DNA of 64,000 bases from the human T2T-CHM13v2.0 reference genome, Homo sapiens: NCBI RefSeq assembly GCF_009914755.1, contig NC_060928.1; one strand, given 5' to 3'. The position numbers and the translations under genes were made by a program. Of the stretch, positions 45,260 to 59,170 are shown one piece after another. Every line of letters starts with the position of its first letter. Position 1 is the first letter of the stretch. The notes beneath the pieces are model-generated. The model made no database searches, was not told the origin of the DNA, and saw only the letters and a list, made by a program, of their open reading frames with translations.

Positions 45260-45965
45260 TGTCTTAGTTATTATCACTATAAAGCAAATTGCACTTAAAC
45301 TTAGCAATTAAAAAACAACAAACATTATCTCATAGAATTTCTGAGGAACGGGAATCCAAGAGCAGCTTAAATGGGTAGTTGTGGCTCAGGGTCTTTCATG
45401 AGACTATAATTAAGCTGTCAGATAAAGCTGCGATCATCTCAAAGCTCAAATGGGGCTGAAGAATCTCCTTCCAAACTTGTTCAGAGGATCATTAGCAGAC
45501 CTCCATTTCTTTTGACTGTTGTTCAAAATCCTCTGAACACTTGGAGACAGGAAGGGGAACATCACACACCGGGGCCTGTTGGGGGGTGGGGGAGAAGGGG
45601 GAGGGATAGCATTAGGAGATATACCTAATGTAAATGACGAGTTAATGGGTGCAGCACACCAACATGGCACATATATACATATGTAACAAACCTGCACGTT
45701 GTGCGCATGTACCCTAGAACTTAAAGTATAATAAAATATATATATATGTGTATATATATATAGAAAAAATCCTCTGTCTCTCACTTTGTGGGCCTTTCCA
45801 AAGGCTGCCTAACTTTCCTCAAGACCTGGTTGTTGGCCTATCCTGAAAGAGAGAGAGCAAGATCTCAAAAGACTCAATCTGCAGTTTTCCATAATCCAAT
45901 CTCCGATGTGATTTGCCATTGCTTCTGCCTTATGCTATTGGACACCCGGATCAACTGTGGTTTGC
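45260..45965 (-). mobile_element. MLT1F-like LTR, split by an L1PA fragment
   Basis: aaacttagcaattaaaaaacaacaaacattatctcatag...tggctcagggtctttcatgag...gccattgcttctgccttatgctattgg. Confidence 0.75.
45535..45765 (+). mobile_element. Short 5'-truncated L1PA (PA4/PA5-like) 3'UTR with tail turned to (TA)n
   Basis: taaatgacgagttaatggg; cctagaacttaaagtataat; TSD aaaatcctctg at 45525-45535 and 45766-45776. Confidence 0.95.
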
Positions 45966-46844
45966 AATAGGCGTCTTTAACGTATTATATGCTTAATATC
46001 AATATTGTTCCATTTCATGTAAACTGTTAGAACATGATATGTCTTCCTTCAGCCTGAAGATCTCATTTGAACATTTTTCTTTAGCATTCAGATTTATTGG
46101 GGATACATTTATCTTTGAATTGTCAGGAAATATGTTTGTTTTACTTTCTCTTTAAAGAATAATCTTGTCAGGCATTGATTTCTAGATTGGCAGTGATTTT
46201 ATTGTTTTTGCTTGTTAGTTTTTCTTTTAGCACTTTAAAAATCCTATTTATTTGTCATCTGGCCTCCACTGTTTCTGAGGAGTTATCATTTGTATCACTG
46301 TTCTCTATGTAATGTGACTTTTTTATTCTGGCAACATTTAAGCTTTTCTCTTTACTCCTGGTTTATAAGGTAAACTATAATATGTGTTTTGTCATTGTTA
46401 TCCTATTTAGATTTCACTGACTATAAAAATGTATTAATGTTTTCTACCAATATAGGAAATTTTCAGTTATCAGTTTTTTTCAAATGTTAGATTAGGACAA
46501 CCTTTATTGACCTGTTTTCCTTCAATTTACATTTTGCTATTAAATCTATCCCATAAATACTCATTTCAGATATATACTACTTACTTCTTGAATTTATACT
46601 GGTTTCTAATTTATTTATTTATATTTGCTTTATTGTTTTCTGAAATTCCCCATCTGTTCACTCATATTATCTTTCCTTAGGAGTTTTAAACGTGTTTAAA
46701 ATAGATATTTTAAATTCTTTAACCATTAATTTCAATATTTCAGTTCCCAGAGAGTCTGTATCAATTTAACTAAAAGAATTATTTTTATGTAACATTTTTC
46801 TGCTTCTTCACATAACTCATAAATTTTGTTTCATGATGCACATT

Positions 46845-46945
46845 TTAAAAAATGCTTTATTGAGGTATGATTGACATATGAAAAATTATACCCGTTTAAC
46901 ATTTACAATTTGATGAGCTTGGAGATAAGTATATACCCCTGAAAT
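46845..46945 (-). mobile_element. L1MB (MB1/MB2-like) extreme 3' fragment
   Basis: tttattgaggtatgattgacata...ttgatgagcttggagataagtata. Confidence 0.7.
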
Positions 46946-48040
46946 CTGTAAATTTGCAAGTTACATCGAATAGTTTTATACTCACATTTAATAGTGTTGA
47001 ATTTTCTTCTCGCAGGCAGCTTAATTAATAGCAGATCTTCTTGATCATTTTAGGTTTAATTTATTATTTGTTACAGCTGATGTATTTTTTATTTTCTCTT
47101 GGTCTTAGAGCATATTATTTACTATAGAGTACAGTTCTGACCACTTATTCTTTCTGAAGTCTCAGCTAAGTGACCAAGTTCTTTGGTGAAGTTTGCCTAC
47201 CATGATTGAGCCAGAATTCCAACATTTTCCTGTTCTGCTCACTGTGTTGTGTCTCTATTCCGCTCTCAGTGCTGTGGCAGCTACTCTGCTATACGTTATG
47301 AAAATTCACCTTGCATATGCTGGATCAATCATGGACCAGGGCCGTGCAGACTTTTGAGTCCTCATTTTGCTCGTTTTTTTCTTTTCTGCCTCATCAGTTG
47401 AAGCTACGTAAGCAGCACAGAATTCTGATTTCTGCCTTCTCTACTAAGTGAAAGCACTTTGTTTTGCTTGCTCTCCACTTTCCCCTAGAATGTGACTCCA
47501 GGCAGAAAGCCAGGGAAAATGTGAGTCTCACGTTACATTTTTCCCTTCTGTCAAGAACAGCAGTCCTTCACTGGCTATTGTTTAATATCTGAAAAGAGTA
47601 TCTCCTATATATTGTGTATTGTTTTACAATTGTTTAAGGTGAAGGGATAGTCCAGTATAAGTTATTTTACCATGATCTAAATTGTGCTCTATATATTACT
47701 TGTTGAAAGAATACATTCATTAAAATTTAGAATGTGTAAATGAATGTAATAAAATTTTCATACATATTGTTGATTGAACATAACATTCATAGCTAGGTAT
47801 AATCTATTGCTTGAATAGTTGTACAAAGATTCTGAAACCATTGAGCAAGTCGACTTATGGTACATGATTTGGCTACTTTCCCTGTTTTTCCTACAGATTC
47901 TTCGTGTCCCAAAATGTTCACATAGTCATAGTTATCAATAAGTTATTGTAATTTGGTAGCTATGTAACAACTTCCAATAAAAAATTATTACCTCCAAACT
48001 TGAATTCTGTTTAGAAAATGCACTAAAAGATAGATATTGT

Positions 48041-48385
<345 letters not shown>

Positions 48386-49314
48386 TCATTTTAACCATTT
48401 CAGGATTCTATTATTTAATTAAGGAGTATAAAAATAGTTTAATTTTGCATTCCATTAAAAACTTGTTTACAGTTTAACATAATAATATACAGTAATTGTA
48501 GTTCAGCTAATTATATGTGATCTTTTTTGTAAATAAAACATAATTTTATGATTTTATGAGCAATGAATTTAATGATAATATTTGAAATTCATCATTTTTT
48601 TTCTATTTCTCCAGTTAATTCTAGTTCGTACAAGTAAACTTTAGGCATGATGATCACTGAGATCTAGAAAAATGTAAAAATGGACATTAAATGTGAGACC
48701 TAATCAATAATTAAGCTACACAAAGGGAAACAAGACAATTTATTCTGACAGGCAATATTACCTATCTCCCAGCTCACCTTGTCCTGTCAGAAGAACCTTC
48801 ATCCCAATGACTTTATTTCAAACGTATTGCTTTTGAAATAACAGCAGGGATTTCTAGGCTCCTCAGTATCTCTTGTTTACCATCTAGTGTCATGCTTAAT
48901 GATCAACATTAAAGTTATTGCTTCCAAACCACCTTAATTAGGGTTGCAAAGCTTTAAAAAGTTCCTTTCAAAAGCTTAGATCATCAAATTAGATTGCCCT
49001 CATATATTCTGATTATATAATGAGGTTCTTGTAGTGAAACATCATAATCAAATTTCTAATCAGACATCCTGCAGTTCCTTTGTAAGGTAAATTTTCCTAC
49101 CCGCAGTACTTCCTGTGGGTGCATTGAGTCCTTGGCTCTCCAGGTCATACTTGATTGAACCAGACACAAGTAAGTAATGCAGAGCCCATGTGTATGGGAT
49201 GGCCTACCACATGATGCTGTGCCCAAACCGAGGTAATCTCGTGTAATAAGATTTTCCTTCAACTCTCTTAATTAGGGATTAGAGAGTATTGTTTGGTATA
49301 AGTGGTCTTACAGT

Positions 49315-49850
49315 TTTTTTAAAAAAGTAAATGCCTTATTAAAGTAAAACATACACAAAAATAGCACATGAATTATGTACACAGCTTGATAAAGTTACAC
49401 AAAGTGAACCGACCATAAGTTTCCTTGTGATATTTCCTGGTCAGTAACAACTCAGCAAGGTAACTATTATACCAACTTCTAAAATTGTAAATTACCAGAA
49501 ATTATTTTTGTTTCTAAAAGTATTCTTTAAAAATAGAGTTATGTATTACTTATTTGAACCTGACTTCCTTTGCTTAAAATGTTAATATGATGCTTGCTAG
49601 ATTCATCTAAGTTGTTGACTGTACTAATGGTATAGTTATATTTATTTAATTTCTACCATTTCACTTTATGGGCATTCCAAAATTCATGATTTTTTTGATG
49701 AACTTAATATACATTTATAGTTTTGATGCTTACACTGTTCTGCTACAGAAATTCTAATATGTGTCATTTGATATGTAGTCTAATGGACAGAGAAGTTTGA
49801 TAGAATTTCTACTTAATAGGTTATATATACCTATTCAGCTAGAGTAATTA
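49315..49850 (-). mobile_element. Ancient L1ME-type 3' fragment
   Basis: ttattaaagtaaaacatacac...acacaaagtgaac...ggtaactattataccaacttcta. Confidence 0.55.
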
Positions 49851-49852
49851 CT

Positions 49853-50299
49853 GCCTGAATTAGTTTTTTTATTGCTGCTATAATAAATTACCATTAACTA
49901 ATTAGTTAAAAATAACACATGCTTTTTTTCTCTTAGTGTTTAGGAGGTCAAAGTCTAAAAGCAAGGTGTTGGTAAGGCTGCATTCCTTCTAGAGGTTTCA
50001 GGGGAGAATTGTTTCCTTGCCTTTTTCAGCATCTAAAGGATGTCTGCATTCTATGGCTCATGGACTCCTCTTAATATCACTCCAACTTCTTGGTCCCATT
50101 ATCACATATACTACCATTTCTGATCCCACTACCTTCCTCTTATAAAGACTCTTGTGATTACATTGGGCTCACCCAGATAATCTGAGATAATCTCCCCATC
50201 TCAAAGTCGTTAACTTGATCACATTTGCAAAGTCCCATTTGCCATGTAAGATAACATATGAAATGTTCTGAGGATTAAAACACTATTCTGCCAACTACA
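49853..50299 (-). mobile_element. MLT1C-like LTR
   Basis: attgctgctataataaattacc...ggaggtcaaagtctaaa...gtgattacattgggctcacccagataatc...ctattctgccaactaca. Confidence 0.85.
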
Positions 50300-50502
50300 A
50301 TGATGAAGGAAATATGAGGAGGAATACTAGATCTTAGGTTGCAATGATTTTGAAGACTTTTTGAATATAGGCACGGGAAGCACTGACCTGCTGTGGCCTG
50401 GACTTCCATGGTTCCTTTTTTGAAATACTAGAAGATAAGAATCATTGATAGCCATCTTAGAATCGTTCTGCCACTATGTACATGTGTATGAATGTGTTCT
50501 CT

Positions 50503-50534
50503 TGTGTGTGTGTGTGTGTATGTATGTATGTGTG
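50503..50534. repeat. (TG)n/(TATG)n simple repeat
   Basis: tgtgtgtg...tatgtatgtatg. Confidence 0.85.
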
Positions 50535-50536
50535 AG

Positions 50537-50618
50537 ATATGGTTAGTGCAAAAGTTGTTGTGGTCTTTGCCATTAAAAGTAATGCAAAAACTGCAAATAC
50601 TTTTTCATCAACTTAGTA
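50537..50618. mobile_element. MADE1 mariner MITE (about 80 bp, imperfect palindrome)
   Basis: ggttagtgcaaaagt...tttgccattaaaagtaatgcaaaaactgcaa...tcatcaactta. Confidence 0.85.
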
Positions 50619-50667
50619 GTTGTTTTCAGTAGGTCTCATAAATGTCTTAGAATAAATTTCTTACAAT

Positions 50668-50965
50668 GGCTGGGCACGGTGGCTCAAGCCTGTAATCCTA
50701 GCACTTTGGGAGGCTGAGGCAGGTGGATCACTCGAGGCCAGGAGTTCGAGACCAGCTTGGCCAACATGGTGAAACCCCATCTCTAACATAAATACAAAAA
50801 AAATTAGCCAGGTGTGAGGGCATGTGCCTGTAATCCTAGCTACTCGGGAGGCTGAGGTGGGAGAATCTGTTGAACCCAGAAGGCGGAGGTTGCAGTGAGC
50901 CGAGATTGCACCACTATACTCCAGCCCAGTTGACAGAACAAGACTCCATCTGAAAAAAAAAAAAA
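50668..50965 (+). mobile_element. AluS (Sz/Sx-like)
   Basis: Full dimer; TSD agaataaatttctt(a/g)caat at 50649-50667 and 50965-50983. Confidence 0.96.
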
Positions 50966-52239
50966 GAATAAATTTCTTGCAATAACTGAATTTACATCCC
51001 ATGAACTAAGAGGTATAAACTAAGACCAAATAACATAGATAAAGACTATAAGATTGATTAAGCCATTTTCAGAAATAATGTATTAGTAGATGTAAATCCC
51101 CAAAGTGTAAAGATGTCTCTTAATTATTACATTTAGTTCTCAGGTTCATGACTGTTTACTCTAAAATTCCCTTTTGTGAATAGAAAGTTTATCACTATAA
51201 TAAAATCATACTGCAAAGCAATTAATCAAAATACATAGCCTTGGGAAACTCTGAGGTGTGGGAAATGATTAAAAAGTAACATAAAGTTTACGTTTATTTT
51301 TAAAATGCAGATTTAATCTTTGTTAAAGTATTATTTGCCCTATGGATATTTTTAGCATACTCAAAAACCTAACTTAGGTTCATTAATTTTATATTGGTAA
51401 CATGTCATTGCACTTTGTCTCTCAATTTGATTTGCTTTAGATATTTTTAGTGAATTGAATTCCAGACTAAAGATAGTCAGATATTAGTATATGTAGTCAG
51501 CAGGGCAAATGTAGGCCAGGTTGAAGGTATTTGCTATATTAAACCATATACATTTCATTTTTAATAACAAGTTAAATAACCCATTTCACTATCATCCCAC
51601 AGATGTTACGTCATGGTTGACTTCATTTGCACAAAACTATTTCTTTATATTTTTGGAAACTAAAAGAAAATTGTGGTTATCCCTTTCATCAGTTATATTC
51701 AGTGTTTGTATCTGAGAATTATTGTGTCTTAAGGAAGTCATTTGTACTACATCATTCCAAGAAAAAGCCATGCTTCTTCTGAGTTTCTGGCTTACTACCA
51801 GAAGGAATTTGTTCTGTTCTAATTCTGTAGTAAAAAATGTTGAAATGAGCTCTCAAGCGGTTATATATTAAAGTTTCTCACATTTTAGTACATTAATTGC
51901 CACATTAAAGTGTGGTATTGATCTAACATTTTATATACTGATACTTAATGAATTCAATTATCAACTTTAAGAAATATCTGTGAGTTTTTAAATAAAAGTT
52001 ATGTTTCATTGTCTTTTTAGAGTATTAATATAACACAGGTCTATTTAAGATCTATTTTAGTGCAGTTCACCAAATGTTAAGTGGAAAAAATACTTCATTT
52101 TGCAATTTATTTTAAAAAGAAACTTCTACTCCAGCACTTCTATTAGAGTGGCTTAGGGTAAACTGAACAAAGTTTTGAAAGACAATAACACCATTATTCA
52201 TCAATTTCCAATTTTTATTCCCTTCTGTAAACATAGAGG

Positions 52240-54230
52240 TCTACACTGGTTTCTACTTTCAGAATGGCTCAGTAAGTTCTTAGTAGGCCAATACTCTTGT
52301 AGATAACTATAGTATAAATGCTAGAAAAATATAACAAACTACCTACAGGCTTTGGAATGTAATCAAAAGGAGACAGATTCTAGAAAAAGGTAGAAACGGG
52401 AAGGGATCAGCATGTGGTATAATCTCCCCACTTTCTTTCTATGTTTCGTTTTCTTTTGCTATGCCTGTGGACATGCTGCAGTTATCCTTTGTTTTGTGGC
52501 CACAACTTTGCTGACTCACAGTCTTTTTGAACTGAAGAGGAATAGAACAGAAATTAGGGCAACCACTTCCATCAGAATGTATGGTGAGAACCCTAGAAAA
52601 CAGAGAGGAGAGGAAGAAAAACCTCTGTGTAGAAACGTTATACAAATATCTGACTGACCCTAGTGCCATCTTTGCAGACTGAAAACAACCCATCTAAAAT
52701 AAATAAATGACTGAACAAATATACGAGTTTCTGTAGAAAACATAAATTTTTCAGTTTATGTACAACCAAGTTAATTGCCTGTTAAAACAAAAATGTCAAT
52801 GCTCCAGGGAGAGAAATGGAGTATAATCTAAAGTTTCCACAACGTAACATTCAGGATACAAGCAAATTATTACTTAACATGTGAAGAGCCAGGCAAATGT
52901 AACTCATTTTCAAGAGAAAATAGAATAATGGAAATCAATCTTTACATTTTCGAATTATCACAAAATGGAATTCAAAACAGCTGTATAATTATTCTCAATG
53001 AGATAAAGAAAAATGCTCTTGTAATCAGTGAGAAGATGGGAAACATGGACAAAAGAACTTGAAAACATAAAAGTATATGAAAATTCTAAAACTGAAAGTT
53101 ATAATATAGCTTAACTATAAACAATACTGCATAGGCTTAATAGCAGAATGGAAATGTCAGAAGAAATAATCAGCAAACTTGATGATAGTTCAATAAAAAC
53201 AAAGGATAAAAGATTGAAAACAAATGGAGCAGCAGCAAGCTATAGAACAATATCAAAAATTCCAATATGTGTGTAATTTGAGTTCCGTAGAAAGAGAGAA
53301 AGAGAATGGGTCAGAAAAGAAATGTTGACCCCAAATTTTCAAAATTTTATAAAAACATAAGTCTATATATTCCAGAATGTTAGAAAACATCAAGAAGTAT
53401 AAATGTGAAGGAAACCATGCGCAGGTCCATTATACTAAAATACTGGAAAGCGAAGACTAATTAAAAGTCTTGAACTTATCCGAAGAAAGATTACATTATA
53501 TACTGGAGAAGCACTATTCTAACGAGAACCGATTTCTCATCATTAACAATAGAGGCCAGAAAATGGTGAGGAAACATCTTTAAAGTATTGAAAGAAATAA
53601 ATTCTAATCTCACGATTTAATGTCTGGCAGAAAAAATATCCTTTAAAAATGGAAATAAATAAAAGCATTTTCAGGTAAACGAAAATAAGGATTTGTGGCC
53701 AGGAGATCTGCAATATAAAAAATACTGAAAACTGTTTTTCATGTTGAAGGAAAATGATGATGGTGCGAAACTTTGATATTTATGAAGGAATAAGTAGTAT
53801 CAGCTCTGGGAAAGAGCTGGTAAATTAAAAATATATTTTCCTCTGGATTTCATTATAATATCTATGTTGACATAGAACAATGAATATAATATTTTCAGTG
53901 ATATTTTACATCATATCCTAACCATAAAGAAGAATTTGGATTGGGGCAGGGATGGTAAATGTACCTTTATAGTTTCAAGTTCACTTATATTCCAAGAAAA
54001 CTGAGAAAAGTTAAAAATATGTATAGTAATCTCTGGATTAAAACTAATGTAAATAGGTACAGTTAAAAGGCCAATCAATAAAGTTTACTTTAAAAGATAT
54101 TCAAATAATTTGAAAAATGAAATAAGAAACTAATTTCTTAAAAAAAGACAGAACACAAACTGAAAGGTCTAAATCCAAAAATTTCTTCAATTTTATTAGT
54201 GTTATTAAACTCAGTATTCAAATTAGAAGA
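52240..54230 (+). mobile_element. Ancient L1 (L1M4/L1MC/MD-type) 5'UTR, ORF1 and inter-ORF remnant
   Basis: ORF1-like ggcttaatagcagaatggaaatg...gatttctcatcattaacaatagaggccagaa...catctttaaagtattgaaagaa. Confidence 0.7.
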
Positions 54231-54339
54231 CAGAGTTTTTCAAAATAGGTAAAAGAACAAAAAAATCTGTATTTCAGCCTTGCTTGAAATTGCATAAAAT
54301 TTTGGCAAATTCTGTACCAAAAAAATGTTAGCAGATGTA

Positions 54340-54598
54340 ATGTAGATAACTCTGAACTGAGGCAGTAAGAGCAGTTATCCAGGTTTTTGCCTCTCTTGCC
54401 AAGGAGATAGTGGAGAATGCCCAAGAAGGAAACACTGAAGTTACTCAGCTTGGATTGTTAAGTCTCTGCATGGAAGAATTGCTCTCAAGAATTGCACAGA
54501 TCCAGAGCAGAATTTACAAGAGCAATAGATAACCATTTGCTTTGCTTGATATTGTTCATTAGCATAGAGTAGCATAGTCTAGATTATTCTAATCAAGA
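54340..54598 (+). mobile_element. Old MLT1 (I/J-type) LTR fragment
   Basis: ctgaggcagtaagagc...agatagtggag...gagcaatagataaacc...agcatagtctag. Confidence 0.45.
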
Positions 54599-55678
54599 GA
54601 AAACCAAGTCCCTGCTACTTAGAAATTAGCAACATTGTTTATGTAATATATGAGTATTTATTATGAGTTTGTCGATTAAGATAATTTGCATTATGGGACT
54701 ACTAGTACTGGCTACATGTATAACTTGGATAAGAGTAAGATCTCAGGAACATATGACATCTAATTAATATTAAAATATACTTATTACAAAGTATTTAAAG
54801 GTTTGCCATGTTACAAAAGAAAAGAGACAACAATAACATAAAAATTAGTAAGTTAAGAGCCATATATACATATATGTGATTTTTAAATGTACGCTACTGG
54901 ATTAAATCCATGTATCTACAAATATTTGGGATCTTAATTTTTACAGTTTTAAACTGGATGTATCTTCTTGAAAGACCACTTTTTTTCCAGAATCATGAAT
55001 TCTTAAAGTGATGATTATCCATTGAACGGAAAGAAGATTGTTGGTAAAGTATGAAGTATGAGCATGCTTGACCTATGAGCATTTATGCTATCAGGATGAA
55101 AGCAACATTAAAATGGATTACATATAACAGAAATGAAGATAGATATGGGCTAAATGGTATATTATAGTTCAAAACAGTACACACTACATAGTAATAGTAT
55201 TAAAATTGCTTTTCAGGGAATAATGAAAAAAGTGAAAAGAAAGAAGACATAATATAGTATTTTTTTATAATAAAGTTACAAAGATGTGTTATAGTAAAAT
55301 TAAAGAAATGGAAACCCTAAAGTTATAGTAATTTATCTACACTACAAATTCAAATAATATATGTGAACAAAATGAATACAAAGCAACTGAGATGAAAATG
55401 TTTAAATTGCTAATATAGAAATAGAAGAAAAAATTCAATATAATTTTTTTCTTTAATATTTATCGATTTCTTCATTTCTTGAACAAAATAGTTTAAACAG
55501 AATGTATGTAAAATAGCTGCTTAAAATTAATTAATGCATTCTATAATAAATTCTTTAAAATTGTTAATTCCTAAAGCAGTTAAGACTGTTTATAAATATA
55601 GTTCTAAACGTGCAATAATAAGGTATATTTCGTTTATGCAAAAATTACCTATACCTTAAAAGAAATAATACAACAGGA

Positions 55679-55970
55679 GGCCGGGCGCGGAGGCTCATTC
55701 CTGTAATCCCAGCACTTTGGGAGGTCGAGGCCAGAGGATCACGAGGTCAGGAGATCGAGACCATCCTGGCTAAGACAGTGAAACGCCGTCTCTACTAAAA
55801 ATACAAAAAATTAGCCGGGCGTGATGACGGGCACCTGTAGTCCCATCTACGCGGGAGACTGAGGCAGGAGAATGGCATGAACCCAGGAGGCGGAGCTTGC
55901 AGTGAGCCGAGATCGTGCCACTGCCCTCCAGCCTAGGCAACAGAGCGAGACTCCATGCCAAAAATAAAAA
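55679..55970 (+). mobile_element. AluY
   Basis: gagatcgagaccatcctggcta, gcggagcttgc; TSD aaaagaaataatacaacagga at 55658-55678 and 55968-55988; TT/AAAA target. Confidence 0.96.
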
Positions 55971-57385
55971 AGAAATAATACAACAGGAGATGATACTCTC
56001 CTTTGTCCTATTCATCAGCCCTTGTCAAAGATTCTCTTCTTCTACCATATCTGATTGTTATGCTGGTTAATATATTTTTTTTGTTTCTTCCCTCAAATTT
56101 TTATTGTATGTCCCCTCTTCAGTGTATTAGATCATTACCCCCAACAGTCTTGTGGCTCCACTATCCAATTAAAAATTGTAGACAGAAGGAAACTTGTAGG
56201 ATTGTGCATATTTAAGGAGTCTAACCAGTTAGAAATGTTACGTAGCAGAATCAAACACTAACCAGTTTTAAAAGAAACTAATGCACAGTGTGTTTGTGAT
56301 GAATTCACCATTCCCATATGTCTGGGTAAAAAGGTGAAGGATTTGATGTTCAAAATGTGCTAGTCTAGCATTTTAAAATTATTCCTCTTGGTTTTTGATG
56401 CTTCACGGTATTCTTGTTCTCACTAATTCAATTTTTCCTGCTTGATAAAATGTTTGAAGCTGCCAATCGTCCATGTCATTACGCTGTTTGGTATGCACAG
56501 TGAATGGTGACCTTAACTATTGCCTTTCTTTGTGTATTTTCAGTAAAAGGGCTCATGAGCCTCTAGATGCTTTAACAACATTGATATCTCCTTCTAAAAT
56601 ATATCTGATATTATCATTAGTCATTTGGAGAAGCCTGAGCTGCTAACCTACTTTGTCTTTTCACTGGTCCTCAAATGCTGAAGCTTACAAGGCAAAATTT
56701 TTTTTCCTTTCCATCAGATGCCTGGCTACTATGTTAAAGAACATTGAATTTTGCACTGCAAATGTAATTTTGGAATAATTAGCCACAGGCTTTCTTTTTT
56801 CTTCATTGCTCTGCCCTATTGAGTCTCTACAATTTGAAAAAAAAAATTAAAATTTTCTTACAATTTTTATTACTTGTCCTTCAGAAGAATATGTAGCATT
56901 CAAAATGCTCAGAGATAAAGGGAACTGAAAAATGTTAAGTGTAACCAGAATGTCTTCACTGAGTGTTGTTTCTGTCCAACACCAAAATATGATTTGTTTC
57001 CTGTGCTGTCAGCTCATCACATTTCAGTGTCAGAAAGACTGCTAAATGAGGTCAGACATGCTTCCTGTTTCTGAACTCAGTTTTGAGGAAGCTGCTGAAT
57101 ATGTGATAATGTAACACACAGACTTCAAAACTTAGATCCATAAATCTTAGCAGTTTGGTAAAGAATATTTGGTCAGTGGGCTTGCAGCATCTGACAGCTA
57201 AGGATTGCTCTATTGGTCCCAGTGGCAACTCTCTCTGATATGTTGTGGTTTGCTAACATGGAAATATAGGGTCAAAATCCTTAAACACAGAAGGAGTATA
57301 TTTAAAGCCCATTTTGTACCATCATATAGTTTGGAATATTCTATGTACTATACTACATAATTGACCCGCTGTATATGTGTTCTGC

Positions 57386-57425
<40 letters not shown>
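57386..57425. repeat. (TGTATA)n hexanucleotide repeat
   Basis: About 6.5 perfect units, bracketed by a duplicated tgtatat(gt)gttctgctg. Confidence 0.92.
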
Positions 57426-58834
57426 CTGTTGTATATGTTCTGCTGAAGCAAATAGAGCAATGCAAATGGAATAGAAGTACACCAATTTCAGAGGTGAGAT
57501 ACAAATCTAAACATATTGCTCTTTCTTTCATACATACAAAGGAAATCATTTCTGCTTAATTTTCATAATGACCGTAGTCTGTGTTTGATCTAATTAAATA
57601 CTTATGATATGATTACAGCACTTCAACAGCCTAATTCAGTGAAATAAGTTGACATCAGTTATTTGCTATCATGTAAATTTATATAAATGTAATAGTTGAC
57701 TACTTTAACTGTTAAATTATTTGTAATGATATTATGTAAATATAGCCTTATAAGAATGCATCAGATGGTTGAAGAAAGTTTAAAGAGAACATACAAATTA
57801 AAGTTACAGTCATTAACATTTTATAAATTATATATATTTTATATTTCAGTACATTACATATGTATGTGTGTGTATATGTATATATATCAAGTCATCATGT
57901 TTTCTTATATTCAATATTAAGCACTGTTCTGATAGCAAAAACCATTTTTAGTACAGTTTAATGTTCTTACATTCTAAATAATGAATTAGATATAGGTATT
58001 TTATATTATTTTACTCTTCCATCTATACATTTCAGTTAGAATAATCATTAAGCACTAGCACATAGAAAGAACAGTGTTAATGCATATATTGGAATATTAA
58101 TTGGGGATCACATATTTTGGGTTATTTTTTGAAATGCCAGTTAGAAATATTTTTCCCATTAGTACCATAAAACTTTCTCAAAAATTACAAACATTGATTT
58201 CTTACAAGTTATTGCTGGAAGATCTCTTCCGTTAGAACATCACCCAAAATATGTAGGTACTTAATATGTTCGAATTTCACTTAATAGATGTCGTTATTAA
58301 AGGCAAATCTAAACATTTAATTACATTATACTTCCTTAGTATATGCAAATATTTATATGTCCTTTCTTAGAATTTCTATAATTCTATGCATAGAATGCAT
58401 TTATTTTGTGTTAAAGCTGATGTCAATTAGCCTATGAGTATGTTAGTTACTGACTTTATTAAGACAAGGAGTGGAAACAGGCGAAGAGAGTATAAATAGA
58501 AGGTCCTTTAACCTACATAAAATTACACGTCATTGGGAAGGGTACACATCTCCCAGAAAATTAGAAATAATTAGCATCTCTTGGTTGAGTTGTATAATAG
58601 CAATAAATGCAATCATTCACTTTACTGAAAATACTTGTATGAAACAAATATTCATCATGTATGTATATTTTAGATCAGAATGATCTAACCAATGAAACTA
58701 ATTTATTTTGTTAAAAGCCTCTTTGGTTTACTCTGTGGTTGTGGAAGGATGGAAGCCATTCAAATGGAAATGTTCAAAGGGTGAAGAAGTCTAATAATGT
58801 ATCATAAATATAATAAAAAAGGAAAATTTAATTA

Positions 58835-59170
58835 GGCCAGGTGCAGTGGCTCACACCTGTGATCTCAGCACTTTGGGAGGCAGAGACAGAAGGACTACTT
58901 GAGGCCAGGAGCTTGAGACCAGCCTGGGCAACAGAGCAAGACAACACCTCTACAAAAAATTTAAAAATTAGCTGGGAGTGTTGGCACATGTCTGTAGTCC
59001 AAGCTACTTGGGAGATCAAGGTGACAGGATCATTTGAGTCCAGGAATTTGAGACTGCAGTGAGCTATGATTGTGCCACTGCACTCCAGCCTGGGTGACAG
59101 TGTGAGACTTTATCTCTAAAAATTAAACAAAAGAAAGAAAGAGAAAGAAGGTCGGCGGAAGGAAGGAAGG
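58835..59170 (+). mobile_element. AluJ with GA-rich tail
   Basis: aggactacttgaggccagg, agactgcagtgagctatgat (J diagnostics). Confidence 0.93.

Larger units (their letters stand above)
44715..47680 (-). mobile_element. Fragmented ancient L1 (L1MD/L1ME-type ORF2, ORF1 and 5' pieces) carrying nested insertions
   Basis: T-rich antisense L1 text, e.g. ttctcaaagtatcaacttctggtttcattgattt and tctggcctccactgtttctgaggag. Confidence 0.65.

Noticed and set aside
47870-47900. Acceptor-like ctttccctgtttttcctacag
   Set aside because: No downstream donor or open frame found; not supportable from sequence alone.
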